DNA of 64,000 nt from Paraspadella gotoi (GCA_051294375.1 CM119263.1:28041790-28105789), one strand, 5' to 3'. Positions 24,301 through 38,776 are shown, counted from the first letter of the stretch. A program made the numbers and translations. Notes: generated by a model not told the origin, from the sequence alone.

Positions 24301-25609
24301 GTAATTGTCGCACATTGGCGTCACAGCTCGATGCCATCATGACAAACGACATATTTTTGTTGGGTTTGTAAATAAATATCGTGTATGAACGAAAATGTTG
24401 GCCACAGTTTTTGACGGTGAACTCGATTCGGGTAAGTAAACCTTACCAGTGGCGCGAGCAGCGGTCGCTGGACGATCATTATCATTTTCATGAAGCTTGA
24501 GACAATCGGGATTTACGATTGTAGTAAATTTAATTTACGGTTAAATTTAGTTTTTAAATGAAAAAAAAAATATAAACAACTTATAAACAAATATTATTCA
24601 AGAGGGATATATCACATTCATAGAATGATAGAAGATTTAATGATAATTTATTAAATTTAATTGCTTTGAGACAGTTTAATTATTTCTAATTTTATTTTTA
24701 ATTTAGTGTATAGAAAATGAATATTTACGGTTTACATAAAATTTCTAAAACTTTTTGAGGCTATATTACAAAGTTTACTTTAAACAAAAAAAAATTGATC
24801 TTGTAATTTTCAATGATTACACTTGCTATAATTTTTTATTGATAAGAATCCATATCATAGATTAAATAAACTAATTAATATACAGTAATTATTACAAATA
24901 AATCAGTCCCAATCGATAAACTTTGGCTCAGGCTACGACACTCCAGGAACGACAACAATGTAAGTTGCCTTTTTTCCTTTACATTCTTAATTTAGACGAC
25001 GTCTAAATTGCATGACTTTTAATCAGCAGTTATATTTTTATTTTTTTTATATTATTAAAACAATTGCGTTCGCTTTTCAGTTATATCTCAAACTATGCAA
25101 ACTTAGGCCTTTTAAATGATTTTCGACGCCTCTTGCTGATGAAGAGCCTTGGAAAAAAAATTTATATCTTATTTTATCTCTTTTTTAGAATTGAGTTACA
25201 AAATCGCATGACTGTGAAAATCATGAAATTTTTATTCTTTATACTGGGAGTTCTTGTTGAAATGTCGGCAAAAGTATGTGTATTTTTATAATCAAATTCA
25301 TATTATTAACTTAGAAGTTGTAATATTTTTAAAAATTGGAGGAAATTTTAACTCGATATAAGAGTAATTGACTTCAAAAAACATTAGTAGTAATTTAGAT
25401 TATTTCTTTTACTATGCTAAATAGAAAAACATGTTTTCCAAACATTCATTTTACTTGTTCTTCTCTTTAGTGAAATAAATTTCTTCACTTTACTGGCGAA
25501 AACTGGACGGATAAAGTAAAATTTGTAGTTAAACATTTAAAAAAAAGACGTGGATTTTCCATCTTTGGATGTGATAAAAATCCCTTGGGGAAGAAAGGGA
25601 CAAAAAGGA

Positions 25610-25680
<71 letters not shown>

Positions 25681-25805
25681 GCCCTCGCTTTTCTTTTTGC
25701 AGCAAACAGAGAGCAGAATAGAAGGCCGATGCGGCTTTTACAATCTCTCGTAAACTGAGGAAGGAAGAAATATCTCCACAGAAACGCACAGAATTCATTC
25801 TGTCT

Positions 25806-25872
<67 letters not shown>

Positions 25873-26005
25873 AATAACAGGAAAAAAACCCTTATGCTCC
25901 GATATTTTTCTCCCGACTTCAATTCCAACTTCAGCCATTTCCATATTTTCTCTCGTTATTTTGTTTTTATATCCGTCCTCATTTCTCTCTCTCTTCTCTC
26001 TCTCG

Positions 26006-26037
<32 letters not shown>

Positions 26038-26544
26038 GCGTCTTTCTCGTCTGCTCTCTCTCTCTGTCTTCTGCGTGCCCTTCTTGATCTCGCATTCTGT
26101 ATGTTTTTTTTAGTCGGGAATATGAGAGTGGTTTTGTTAGTGGTTTTGTGCGTAGTCGTGATAAAAGGTAAAATAGGAGCGCGTGTGGTGTTGTGTGGTC
26201 GATCAAATTTCAATGTATACAGAGAGTGAGAGATCGTGTGTGGGCGGATGAATTTTTACGGGAAGTCAGGGGGGGGCGATGGAAAGAAATGGAAATGTGG
26301 CCTGAAAGGAGACGTGAAAGTAAACAAACGGTCTGCTTCGTTGCCAGGCAACGGTCGCTCTTCGTGACGTCGATTTCGCTGTTGGCGGTAAAAGGGGATG
26401 ACGACGACGATGATGACGATGAAGACGACGATGAAGACGAACGCAAAGAGGATTTTGAGGTCACGTGAAACTGTATAGTGAATGGTTCCTCTGAGCCTCA
26501 GCTTCATGACCAGCGGGCGATTCACTCTCGGCGGCCGGCGATGA

Positions 26545-26636
26545 GATTTTGATGGCATCGACCAAAAATCGTGTGGCATCGAATAAAGTTCGTGTGGCAT
26601 TGACTAAAATATCGTTTGGCATAAAAGGTTCGTGCT
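26545..26636. repeat. Degenerate ~21-bp tandem repeat (tcgtgtggcatcga..), about 4 units
   Basis: tggcatcgaccaaaaatcgtg / tggcatcgaataaagttcgtg / tggcattgactaaaatatcgtt / tggcataaaaggttcgtg. Confidence 0.75.
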
Positions 26637-27561
26637 GAGTTCAAAAGAATTGAGTGGAGCATCTTTGTAAACGAGGTTCCGTCACATATGTTTATTTTGG
26701 ACTTGTGTGTTTTGTTCTTGTTCTTGTGGAAAAAATAAAATTAATGTTGTTGAACGAAATTAATAAATTTACTTTTAAAAAGATATTTAGACATATTTAG
26801 ATTTATATATATATATTTATAAAATTGGTACAACAAATATAAAAATTATTTATTCATTTAATAAATAAGCCGAGAAGCACCAACTTAGGCGATACGCAAT
26901 GCGTATTACGCATGGTTAATAACGGTTGCTGGGTTATGATTAAAAAAAAAACAAAAAAACAAAATAAAAAACGCAATTCTCGGAGGAACTATCAATCTCA
27001 TAAAAAAGCCTTTCGTTCTTCTTTCGTTTTGCTTTAGCTTTTTAGCCTAAATAATAAAAAGGAAAAAAAATAAAGTAATTTCATGTTAGGGCTCTCACTT
27101 TGGCCTTTGTCGTCCATGCGCTTCCAATTAATCAACTCCATCTCATATTCGTCGCCCCCCCCTTGGCTCGTCCCCTCCCCTGGGCATCCCCACAAACCCC
27201 GTCGCTTTTGTTTCTAATACTCTTTCAACTGCGCACCGATGCAGCACCTGCGCACCCATGCTGCGTCCGTTAACAGAGACTCCTTTATTCTCTTGCGTAA
27301 ATCTTGTTATCTTTTTTTCTTCCGTTTTTTCTCGATAACGAATGGCGAGCGGTCTTGAAGCTCTGATAAACAGAGAGTAGAAGTTGTACAGTTTTGATCA
27401 CATTAAAAGTTTTTACAAAGGAAAAGGGGCTGACCCAAAGTGAAATGTCACAAGACTCCATTCGCGAGCAAACATTGGCAAGCATCGAATTTTTTGTGGT
27501 AAAACTGGAATTCTAATACCAAGCTCGATTCAGTTTCTTGCGACGAAGACGAGCGACGACG

Positions 27562-27595
<34 letters not shown>

Positions 27596-28214
27596 GACGA
27601 CCGCCCGCGCGAAAAGAAGTCACGCGTTTGACGTCACGCGCTCTCCTTCGCCGGAAACTTAATTTGGGTTCGAGTCGAGACACACGAGAGAGACGTAAGA
27701 GAACGAGATCCTTTACCGGATTTTTGCCGATTCGTTCTGCCGGAATATTCGTCGTCGTTTTCGTCGTCATTTTCGTCCTCTGGTTTTGTTTACATTTTTC
27801 CATCTCGATGGATTTTTCATCGTCGACCACTCGATCGAAAAACGATAACAAAAAGTGACGCTTGTCGTTTGTCCATGACGCGGCGCCAATCCCTGCCGCG
27901 GCGATGAAAGGTTAAACGGAAAATATGTAAAAAAAGTTTGTTTAAAAAATGCAATTTGATTATAGAATTTTAATTTGTAAAAAGAATAAAAGCATTAAGT
28001 AATTAACTTAATCGCACTCTATTAAAAAACCTCGAACCTTCATCGGCACCGAGGCCAGTTACGGTAACCGTTCAGACTGTTTCTCACCGGGATCTCTGTT
28101 TCGGTCGTCTTCTCTCGGTTTTATTGGGTTTTTCACCAAGGCCCCTCCGGCCCTCACCCTTTCCGCGCGTCGTTGTCTTCGTGTTTGGCAGCAGGCGAAA
28201 GAAACAGCCACCGC

Positions 28215-28271
28215 TCACAGTCGCCGTTCACAGTCGCCGTTCACAGTCGCCGTTCACAGTCGCCGTTCACA
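28215..28271. repeat. 13-bp tandem repeat (tcacagtcgccgt) x4.4
   Basis: Direct reading. Confidence 0.92.
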
Positions 28272-28812
28272 ACCGCCCCTCGCGGTTTCCATTTTTTTCT
28301 TTTCTTCTTTGATGTATTTTTTTTTCTTTATTTTTTTTTGTCTTCTCTTCTTCCATGTTTTGGCTTCTTCGATATATACATAAAAAGTATGTTTTGTTTT
28401 CTTTTTTTGGCGAAACAATAAAAAAGAAAGAAGATGGCCAAATAATCGGCGAAAATATGTGCCCAATTGACTTTGCACGCGGTTTGGTAAAATGTTTGGT
28501 GAGTTTTACTTCTCTAATAATCGAGCACAAATTGACAAAATCGAAAGACAATTTTTCGACGTTTGATTGCGGACTGAAATGAATTAAATTCAAACTCTTT
28601 ACGAACCAACCTGTTTTCATCGAGCGTGGTGCGTTGGTTGCTGGTTTCTTTCTTTTTTTCTTTCTCGTTTTTCTTCCTTAATTTCCTTTTCATTTCCCTA
28701 TTCTCCTTACTGTTTCTCATTTTTTTAATTTCCCTCTTTCATGTAAGCTATGGATTTTTCTATGGTGCATTGAACACGCTGGCATAGCGCCACTGTTTTC
28801 CCATCGAGGACA

Positions 28813-28869
<57 letters not shown>

Positions 28870-28873
28870 CTCT

Positions 28874-28929
<56 letters not shown>

Positions 28930-29745
28930 GAAGGCGTTCCGCTATTGGTCATCCGGTCATAACACGGGCGAGACTGGAAGTATCCCCGCCGCCACCGCCT
29001 CTACCACCGCCGTGCTGTCGCCTGCCCCGCCGCCGCCTCCCGCGCCGCGCGCGCCACACGCTCTTTTACATGGGCTTTTTTCTTCTTTAGCTTCGGCCAA
29101 GAAAAAAAAAGGGAAAAACTAGAAGATTCTCTGTTTCTTGCTTTCTGTTTTTTTCGTTTTTTTTTTCTTGTTTTCCTCCCCCCAAAACCAGGTTGCAAGC
29201 TCCATGCAGTTTCTCGGCCCTCTTCTTCTCTTTCTTTCTTCTTTTCCTCTTTTCTTCTTTCTTTTTTTCTTCCCTCCATATTTCTCCTTTTCTTCTTCCA
29301 AGAGAATTTTGAGCGTCGTAGGTTTTTTGTGCCTGGAGATTTTGACGTTGTCGGATGATATATCTTGTTGTACTCACGTGGAGGGAGAGAGTATTAATTT
29401 CTTCCGATTGGAATTATATCTTATTAAAATTTTCTTATTTTACATGGCTGCTATTGTATCACTCTTTTTAGATAAGGTACTAATTTAGTTTTTTTTTTTT
29501 AAAAAAGAACAAATTTCGCTAATAAAAACAAACGTAGTTTCCAAAGAATTTTTCCACCAATTCTAATCTGCAAGTTAATTTTTGATTTTCGTTCTGCACG
29601 TCTTAATTGTTCCACGAACAGGACTTTATTTTTAATAATATTTTTTTATATCGAATTGAAGTACTACGTCATTCCCTGACTGATGTCTTATTGTCGGGCC
29701 TTTGAAGTCGAGATTCGAATCGAGTTTTCGTCTCCAAAAGCTCTC

Positions 29746-29747
<2 letters not shown>

Positions 29748-29841
<94 letters not shown>
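29748..29841. repeat. (CT)n microsatellite
   Basis: Direct reading. Similar tracts at about 25611-25680, 25806-25872, 28813-28926, 39282-39337, 42863-42944 and 58688-58747. Confidence 0.95.
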
Positions 29842-32575
29842 ATTTGCGTCACTCGCATCTCTCTTCCCTCTCGGATTTCCTTCTTTCAGTTCCATCTGTT
29901 TTTACGAAGAGTTCGCATAAACTTTTTCTTTTAAAGATTAATGTCTTTTCTTCAAAGACAAAAATTATTTTTCTTCTTCCTCTTTTTTCTTTTTTCTTTC
30001 TTCATTTATTTTTCTTCTTCCTTCCTTTTATTTTCTTCTTTCCTTTATTTTTTCTTCTTCTTTTCTTTTCTCTTTCTTTTCTTTTTTCTTCCTTCCTTTT
30101 CTTTTCTTTTTTCTCGCTTTTCTTTTCTTCCTCCTTCCTTTTCTTTTATTTTTCCTCATTTTTCTTCTTTCTCCTTTTCTTTTCTTATATTTTTATTGTT
30201 GTTCCAATTATTGATTCTTTATTCTCAAATTGTGCGACGTAGCCAACGTAATAGGTAATATTCCAGAATTAATCTTTTCACATTATTTAAAAACTGTCTT
30301 CAAACCTGAGAAAATTATGCTTCAGCCTTCAGACAATTTTATTTCCTTCCTTTCCACCACGAAAAATTTGACTCTATCTCTCTCTGCCTTGGGCTCGTCA
30401 CTGTCTCTGTCTCCATCGTCGCTCTCTCTGTCTCCATCGGCCATGTCTCTCTTCCCTCTTCATCGTCTGTCCCCGTATTTGCATGATCTCCTCAGCGGGA
30501 TTGACCCGATTTCGTCATTCGCGTAACTTCGTCGTCATCCTCGTCGTCGTCGTCATCGTCGTCATCATCGTCATCGTCAGCGAAAATCTTTTAAGGAGAT
30601 TTCTTTCCTTTCTCGTTTTTTGTTCTTTCCTCAACTTAGCTTTTTCCTTCCTTTATTTCCTTTCTTTTTTTCCAATTATTTTTGTATTTTTTCTTTCTTT
30701 TTATTTTCTTTCCGTTTTAAATTCCTTAACCATTTTTAATGTTTATTATTCATTTTTTTCAATTTTTTTCTTTCGATCGCTTTATAATAAGTTTTCCTTC
30801 TCTTGCATTACTTTTCGTTTTTCATTCCTATTTTCTATTTCCTATTTTCCTCTTTCCTCCTTTTCCTATCTTTTCTTTCCTCTCTTTTCTTTCCTCTCTT
30901 TTTATCCCTTTTTATTTCATTGGAAATTCTCGCCTCTACTTCTCTCTTCGTCTCGCGAATAAATTTACATTTCATCTTTTTCTTTCGATTTCGTTCATCT
31001 AATCTTATCATTCCATTTCCTTTCCTCTTTCCTTCACTCAAATGTTTGGCCTTAACATAATAGGTTTTAGTTTGGTTTTTTATATATTATATTTGTATTT
31101 TGATATAGTTAAGGATTCTGTCTCATTGTCCATGAACCGAATCTCGTTACCTTCAATCCAGTTATTCAATCCTTTCAAAAACTAAGCTATCTTGGCCCCT
31201 GACTATTGGATTGGCTTAAAGTTTATCTATTTAATTCTTCTCGTCGCGAACAACTCTACCTTATCAATCAATTCATAAATGAATCATCATTCATATCTAC
31301 GTCATTCATCTTCTATTCATATTCATTCATCCCATTCGTTTCTATCTCATCTTTTTTCCTCTTCAATCGTTTTTATCGCCCTGACCATAAAATCTCCCAA
31401 ATCTTTTTTCCCATTTTCCGCTCAACTTTCTTCCCTTTAATCTTCATCTTCATCCGGATTTATTCCATTTTTCTACCGTTTATCCTTTCGTTCCGCAAAT
31501 CTCCTCACGCGAGAATGATGCGTCGGAAAAATCAAAATGGTGGAATATCTTTCCTTTCCTCGATATTATTGAAAAAATGCTCACTAATCTTTCTCATCTG
31601 ACAAAAATAAACGATACAGTTTATTACTTCAAAACATTTTCTCACGTCTCATTCCTTTCTTTAACTTGTTCATTTGTTTGTGTTTTTTTTTGTTATTTTG
31701 TTCATCATCTCATCTCGTTCATCCTCGTTCATCCTCGTTCATCCTCGTTCATCCCCGTTCATCTTCCACCGCTTCGACGCTCCCCCCTTAATCTCTTTCC
31801 TTCGTCGTTATCAGTCTCTCGCTTTCCGCCTTCGAAAACCGCGACATCTCCCGGTTTCTTCGTTAAAACTCAAATATAAACTGAAAAAATAAACTTGGAC
31901 GTAAACAAAACACACAAAAAAAAACAACAAAAAACAGTCGCTACTATGTTTAGTATAATCGTGATTATCGGAAAAACGGATTAATTCTTTTTTCGCTCGT
32001 CAGTTTTAAAGGTCGTCGTTGTCTTCTTCTTTCTGGTCGTCGTCGTCGTCGTCTTTTTCATCGTCGTCGTCGTCATCAACGTCTTCCACACGCATTCAGC
32101 CTCCACGGGCTCGCGTCGCCCGATCGCCTCCAAAACCGCTTGCCCGACAGACCGAACGGCCTTGCCCTCTTCACCACAGACTAAGAGACGACTAGCCCTC
32201 TCACAATTTTCTCGTGCCTCTCGCCCTTCTGAGAATAGACCCCTTCTTTCATATTGAGCCCTGACTCTTTCACACGCCCCAACTCTAAGTTCACCCCTGT
32301 CTCTTTCACACCTCGGAACGGCAGACGAAAAGAAAAAGACCGTTCACTGGCTAAACCCCCCCCCCCTTCAAAACAATAGATAAATAAACTCTTTCTCCAA
32401 TCGAGACGCCGAAAAAGTTCGTCTGGATCAAAACTCAACTCATTCGGCCAAGAATCTCTGCCGACCTTCCAAGTGACTATCCCTTTCCACCTCTCCCGAA
32501 AATCTTCGACCGGCTTTCAGTCCCCCAACCACCCTCAAACCACCTTCCGCCCCCCCCAAACTAATCGGCCGAGAG

Positions 32576-32682
32576 ATGGCCTCCATGTTTCGCTTCAAAA
32601 AATTTCGAATTCCCGGATACAAGAAGAGAATTAGGATCAAAAGGAGAACAAATTCGTCGACGACGGCCTCGCCCGAATCTGA
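32576..32682 (+). CDS. Putative first coding exon MASMFRFKKFRIPGYKKRIRIKRRTNSSTTASPES (phase-2 donor)
   Basis: gagATGG start context, 35 open codons + 2 nt, and a consensus donor ga|gtgagt at 32683, followed by AT-rich/(GATT)n intron-like sequence. No homolog recognised. Confidence 0.55.
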
Positions 32683-33054
32683 GTGAGTAAAAATGATTTG
32701 ATTGATTGATTGAGTGATTGAGTGATTGATTGATTGATTTGATTTGATTGATAAAATCTGTAAAAAATCTTTATTTGTTATAAAAAGTTATCGAAACGAA
32801 TCGTGGTTTTGGCTACTTCTTAGTGTTTTGTAGTATTAATACTTAAAATCACCATTACGTATCTCCGCTCAATTGTTAAATAAAACGAAAAGTATAAAAA
32901 TCAAAAACGTACTTTCTTATTCGCAATAAAAGGGACTAAATATATATAAATAAATATATCAAACCCGTCGGGAGAAATTTTTTTTTTTTCGAAAACGAAC
33001 TTCTTGTACCTTTTTTTGGGATCATGTTTCGCCGCCTTCGGTCTCTCACCTACG

Positions 33055-33121
<67 letters not shown>
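33055..33121. repeat. (ATC)n microsatellite
   Basis: Direct reading. It produces the poly-His and poly-Met pseudo-ORFs. Confidence 0.95.
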
Positions 33122-33529
33122 CATGATCATGGTCATCATCATCATCTTCTTCTCCATAGTTTCCGCCCGCCTGATTCGATCTCTCAGCAGCTGTAAAACC
33201 ATGAGATGCTTCTTCTCTCATTTAATCCAGTGAAGTTGAAAGACGAACTCGTTTTTTACTTTTCTTTCAAGTTTTTACGCCTAAAGCGACGACGGATATA
33301 ACGAATTTTATCGGTATTGCGGTATTAAGGAATTTTGAAACTGAGCAAACATCACAAAAATTCGTATGATAAAAATTAATGAATCATCAACTAGAGTAAA
33401 GCCCTAAAAAAAAGAAAGAAAAGCTGTTTGTAGTAACGAGACAAAAACCGAACAAATTAAGACGAACAAGAATCTTCCCTTCTTCTCTCGACGTCACCAG
33501 AGTTACGTCATAGCGTTGATCTCGTTTCC

Positions 33530-34243
33530 ATGGCGACGCTTTTTCGCTGGAAAATCCCCGCTTGTTGTCGTTGGATCAAAAGAAAAAAGAAAAAGAAAAA
33601 GAAGAAAGGCGCGGTGAACGATGACGACGACGACGACGACGACGACAAGAGAAACGATTTGTCGAGCTACTTGAGCGACGCCGCCAACTCTTCTTTTTCC
33701 GTCCCCGGCGTCGTTAATCCTCGAAGCGCCGTCGTTTATCGAGCGGCGCCGGTGGAGAACCTGGAGGTGGATTGGCGCGTATCTCGTGGCGGCGCCGTCC
33801 AATCAGCGCCGGTCGTTTCATCGACGAGCGACACCTGCGTCGTCAAAAATCATTTCTCAAAATTGACGCCGAAATCAGGAGCAAACGACGCCGCTTCGAG
33901 GCCACACGGCGTCGCTGCGCCGGGAAATCCGACAGTCGATTCCAGTGACGCCGGTTACCGACGAGAAATACTCTCTTCCGATTATAGCGACGCCGAGCGA
34001 AGAAAACAAAAACAAAAGCGCAAAGGAATCGATAGAAAACAAGAGAACAAATTCCAGGATCAAAATAAAAGAATGGACGCCGAATATCCGTCTTCGGGGA
34101 GAAACAATGCCGACGACGACGACGACGACGATAACAGCGAAAGGATTCCGCCGGGGAGACATCTATCGGCCGGCGACGGAATTCGACGGGGAATAAACAA
34201 AAGTGCCATTCCCAAAGCGCCGCCGTCGTGGCCCCACTACTAG
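33530..34243 (+). CDS. 237-aa low-complexity ORF/exon (MATLFRWKIPACCRWIKRKKKKKKK..poly-D..), function unknown
   Basis: Among the longest ORFs in the window not built from microsatellite or N sequence. GC-rich against AT-rich flanks, tccATGG context, and the stop is followed directly by a donor-like |gtataa. Confidence 0.55.
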   Translation: MATLFRWKIPACCRWIKRKKKKKKKKGAVNDDDDDDDDDKRNDLSSYLSDAANSSFSVPGVVNPRSAVVYRAAPVENLEVDWRVSRGGAVQSAPVVSSTSDTCVVKNHFSKLTPKSGANDAASRPHGVAAPGNPTVDSSDAGYRREILSSDYSDAERRKQKQKRKGIDRKQENKFQDQNKRMDAEYPSSGRNNADDDDDDDNSERIPPGRHLSAGDGIRRGINKSAIPKAPPSWPHY

Positions 34244-34652
34244 GTATAAACGCCTTTTATGGTTATGGTTATATTAGAGAATATGGAATGACTGTGAGCG
34301 TTGAGCGGCGTGGATGGTTAAATTGGTTATAGGGATTTAAAAGATTTTGATAAGTTTCTTTTTTTAATTTCAAAGAATAATTATAAATAGCCACGTAACA
34401 AAATTAAGTGGTTTCTTAAGATTTTGTTTTAAATATATCTTTTTTTACGAAATTATTACATGACATTTGACACTTGAAATAACGTTTTAAAATAAATTTG
34501 GCAAATATTGAGTCAATTCTTTGATAGGAGTCATATTTTTAACAAAGTAAAAAAAAACAAAAAAAACAGAGTTCAATTAATAATATTTTTGTCTTTTTTT
34601 CTTTTTGCTAATCGTTTTTTCTTCTTTCACGAAACTTAAGCATGAGATGGAG

Positions 34653-34717
34653 AAATATTACTAATGACAGATTATGACTGTTACTAAATATTACTAATGA
34701 CAGATTATGACTGTTAC
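34653..34717. repeat. Near-perfect 33-bp tandem duplication (aaatattactaatgacagattatgactgttac[t])
   Basis: Direct reading. Confidence 0.9.
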
Positions 34718-37329
34718 ATGCAAATTAAAATACAAAATCGACTTGGTGTCAGCGACGGACGTTTTTCTTGATCTATCGTCAAAAATAAAGACGCTCTCAC
34801 AGTGCGAAAATATATATCACTTGAAACAGAAATCTGTATTAAAAAAAACCTTTCATTTTAGGACCTTCCCGGGAAAGTTGTTTTAGCGTTTAGCATATTA
34901 GTAGACGAGAATCTCGCTTAAAAAAAAATTCAACATTTTTCTAATAGAGAATGTCCCGTTCAATAATCTGGGACTACCCCAATTGCAAAAACGCTTTTGC
35001 CCAGAATTCGGTTAAAAAACACTTGTAAAAACACACGATTCGGAGAGGCGTTTACCATCTGAAGAGCTTGTCCTTATTCTAGACTAAGCTTGACGAAAAA
35101 AGTCAGAAGGTTTTTTTAATATATTCCTTTGACGGCAATGTAGAATGATGGCAATATTGGCTATTTTTAAAGTTTCAAAAAAAATCCGAGCATAAATATA
35201 GAAAATATTAACCAAAATCTTTCGAAAGTTCCCACCCCTTCTTTGGGAAGAATTTTCGCCATATAAGATTTTTTCCGAATCTGACTCCCGGTTGAAAACT
35301 CTTAGAATTCCGATCGTTAGCGTCCTCTTTTACTTTTACTTTAAATATGGAAAATTTCACCAAAAATGGACTAATTCACTTTACCCAATGATCGTATCAT
35401 ATTTAAAATAACCAAATAAAATGTGAACGAAAAATTTTTGAGAGGCCTTCAGAACATATTGCTATCGATTCCTGAATTTGAAGTTTATTGTAAAATGACA
35501 ACATAACCTTAAATGGCGTTGACATTGTATTGGGAAGTTTGAGAAATCCCTTTATTTATATATAAAATTGCATCAAAAAAATATTTTCGCCGCACGAGGC
35601 TGACCAGTCTATTAGTGAACAGCAGCTTAGTTGATGAGTTTGATTGATTGTCAGTCAAAAATGAGGTTAATTGTCAAGAGAAAAAAATGCGAGCCCTTTG
35701 AGATGTAACAGGAATCGGAATCGAAGTGTTTTTAACATCTGATTTTTACCTGAATTTTTCCCAGGGGCGTTTGACATTATTTTGGTAAGTCAAGATTTTA
35801 ATGAAAATCTCCATTGAAAAAGTCTTCCTCGATTTCCCTAAGAACGACGTAGACTCCTACCTATTCATTTTATGGCATTTGATAAAGGATTTAATATCAA
35901 ACAAGCCAGGGGAAATGCACTACTCATCTCCGAGAATTTTCAAACCTCATTTTTACTATAGAAATGAAAGGGAAAGTTTACAAACTTAAAATTGCAAACG
36001 GGATTGCTATATGTTCCTGTTACATGAGCGACTTCGAATTTCGCGATTCTGATAGCTTTGTGTCTGAAGAGCTTGTCCTATTTTTCTTTTTCATTTTATA
36101 ATGATTTTGACATAAAATGATCAGGTTTAAATGAAATAGTCCGGTTTGAATCGCGAAATTTTTATTTAAAAAGAAATTAAAAAGGAAGGTTGAGAAAAAA
36201 ACTTATTTTTCCTAATATCTTTTGAAGGAATAAAGATAAAGGGATGGTAATCGTACCAAAATGAAGCCACAATCATAGGGCACATACAAGATACAATTTT
36301 AGAATTACTTATGCTGAATCCTCCTTACAGGGTGAGTGTCAAACTAAGTCAAAATTATATGAATTTAAAAACTAATGACACCCCATAAGAATAAATGAAA
36401 ATTTAATTCTTTTTAATGATTCTGAAAGAAAAAAGGCTAAATTGTACTCTAGTAAAACTTTTAAAGTTTTTTGGATAAAGAAAATGTGAATTTTTTGTCA
36501 CTTAAATATTTTCTTGTCTGATTTTACAAGCATGCTTACAAAATTCTACAAAATATTATTCACCCCATCACAGCCTAAGTATTTATCTTTCTTTTCCACC
36601 AGCAAAAAGTAAACATTATTTTATGCTAGAGAACAGGGATGTTTACTGAAATGAGCCGGAAGACATTCAACTTCTTCACTTTACTGTCATTTTTCAATAA
36701 TAAAATAGGCGAATTTTTTAATTATTTAACTCTCACAGGCTTCACAAGACATTATATCTTCATAATATGCCAATGTTAATGTAAATTTATTATATTTTTT
36801 ACCCAGAAATCATAAAATAACAGAAAGTTGTGGATTCCCTTCGCTCATTTAAGAAAAAAAAAATAACTAGCGGAATTATAAGTTTGTAAGAGGAAGTCAG
36901 AATCGGCGAAAATCTTAAAAGGCGAGAATGTTGAAAAAAAGGGGTGGAATTTTGATGGGTTTCCTAAGATTTCTCCCACAATGTGAGGTCCGATTAAAGC
37001 GAAACTTGAGATTTACAATATTCCCGTCATTCCACATCTATCGATATAAAAATATACAGAAAAAAGTCACTGGCTTCTTTTTCTATAGCGGCTTCCTAAT
37101 ATTAGAATAAACTATTTTAGTCTATCGCTTTTAATTTTTATTTTTCGGATCATTTTTATTATTGGCAAATTTGCTTGGTTTAAGCTCTGGCCGACGGGCA
37201 GGGTGGGAGAGACCAATATTACAAACTTCACTGATTTGTGAAACAGAAAAAAAGTGTAAGCGTGAAACCAGAGCTGCCCATATTGGGAAAAGGGAAGACG
37301 GCCGCCGGAAGAAGAAACGGGAGACATTG

Positions 37330-37372
37330 GCCGGAATTCGAGACAGCTGCCGGAATTCGAGACAGCGGCCGG
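37330..37372. repeat. 19-bp tandem duplication (gccggaattcgagacagc[t/g])
   Basis: Direct reading. Confidence 0.85.
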
Positions 37373-38776
37373 GAAGGGCGTTCATCTTCGTCCAGAATTT
37401 AATGGAACCCAACCCGAACTCGCATCGGTGGCCCGGAAGCAATTACGATGGAGAGGAAAGAGGGGGGAAGGGAGAGAAAAGGGTGATAGGAGAAAGAGTG
37501 GAAAGTGGACTGGGAAGATATTAAGAGGGAAGAAATAGGGGATAGAAATCAGAAGCGGGTGAATATTAAGTAAAAGGAGAAAAGGTGAGAAGGAAGAAGG
37601 AAGTAAGCATAAGCTTGTCACGTATTTGAAGGTAAAAGTTAAGTACAATTTCATTTTTGTGAAGGGCAGACTTACTTAATGAGGACCGCGAGTTTGATGG
37701 GGGTTTGATAAAGTTTTTTTTTTCTTTTTCTTTAATATTAACGGTAACAATAACAGCGTAAAAAGACTGGAAAACGGTAAAAAAATTAAAATTGATAACA
37801 AAAAATATAACAAAAGACACTAACAGCAAAATTTTTAACATTACTAAAATGATAAAAACTACTTCAAAACTATGAAAACAAAAGTCAATAACAAATTTTT
37901 AAAAAAACGTTAAAAAACGTTAAAAGTTAATTCTGCCACTTAATTTGGCAATCCAATAATCATGTTCCAAATCTTTTCTCAAATGAATAACAAATATTTT
38001 CCATAGTGTCTCAACATACGATGGATAATTTTTTTTTATAATCAAAAACGATATTAACACAATACAATAACAGTAAGAGTAACGGTATCAACAAGACTGG
38101 AAGGGTTACGATATAAATAACAGCGTAAAAGACTGGAACACAGTAAAACAAAAATTACACTGATAAAGGTGTAATATTTTACCAAGGAAAATATTTTACA
38201 GATATTATTTTTCACTTAATAAATCCCTTCGAGTGAAAGTTTCGCTATTATGAATACCTTATTCGCTGCTTCCTATCCTCTCTACGAAAGCCACTTCGGT
38301 TTTAGAACAAATCCTTAACTATTAGTAATTAGGATGTTAAGGATAAGACGGTTTTTAATATCGTCACGTAAATAAAATTAATATTCAACACGGAATTTAA
38401 ACCAGTTTATAAGACAACTAAATGCAAATTAGACTTAGATGTTGATGGATTGAGAGAAGAAAAACCTCTCTTTTCTTTTGTTTATTAATATAGTTTATAT
38501 AAGTTACTTAAAAAGTCGCGAGTCAGATTGGCGACTCGCCCTCACTGTTCTTGTTGGAATGAGAAGGATGAGGAATCGAATCCCACACTTTCTTTATTGA
38601 AAACTTCTTTGTTCCTTAAATACGACTTCTTTATTGATTCAACCTCCCTTTCAAACAGATCCTCCAGGACAAAAACTGTCCTGAGAAAAAATGAGAAAAA
38701 ATATCCCCAGTTTTTACGAGGACGAATCTGAGGTTCAAGAGGAAAAGGCGAAGGGTCGTAGATTTTATCTCTAGGC

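Noticed and set aside
26545-28271. Short tandem arrays as possible CRISPR
   Set aside because: The repeats are contiguous, with no unique spacers, and no cas genes are present; they are minisatellites.
32901-33233. Poly-His and poly-Met ORFs
   Set aside because: An (ATC)n microsatellite in intron-like sequence.
35057-35110. Hammerhead-like CTGAAGAG..stem..CGAAA..GTC (start repeated at about 36063)
   Set aside because: Five extra bases separate stem II from GAAA, stem III cannot form, and the only stem I pairing consumes the CUGA core. It is better explained as an imperfect hairpin.
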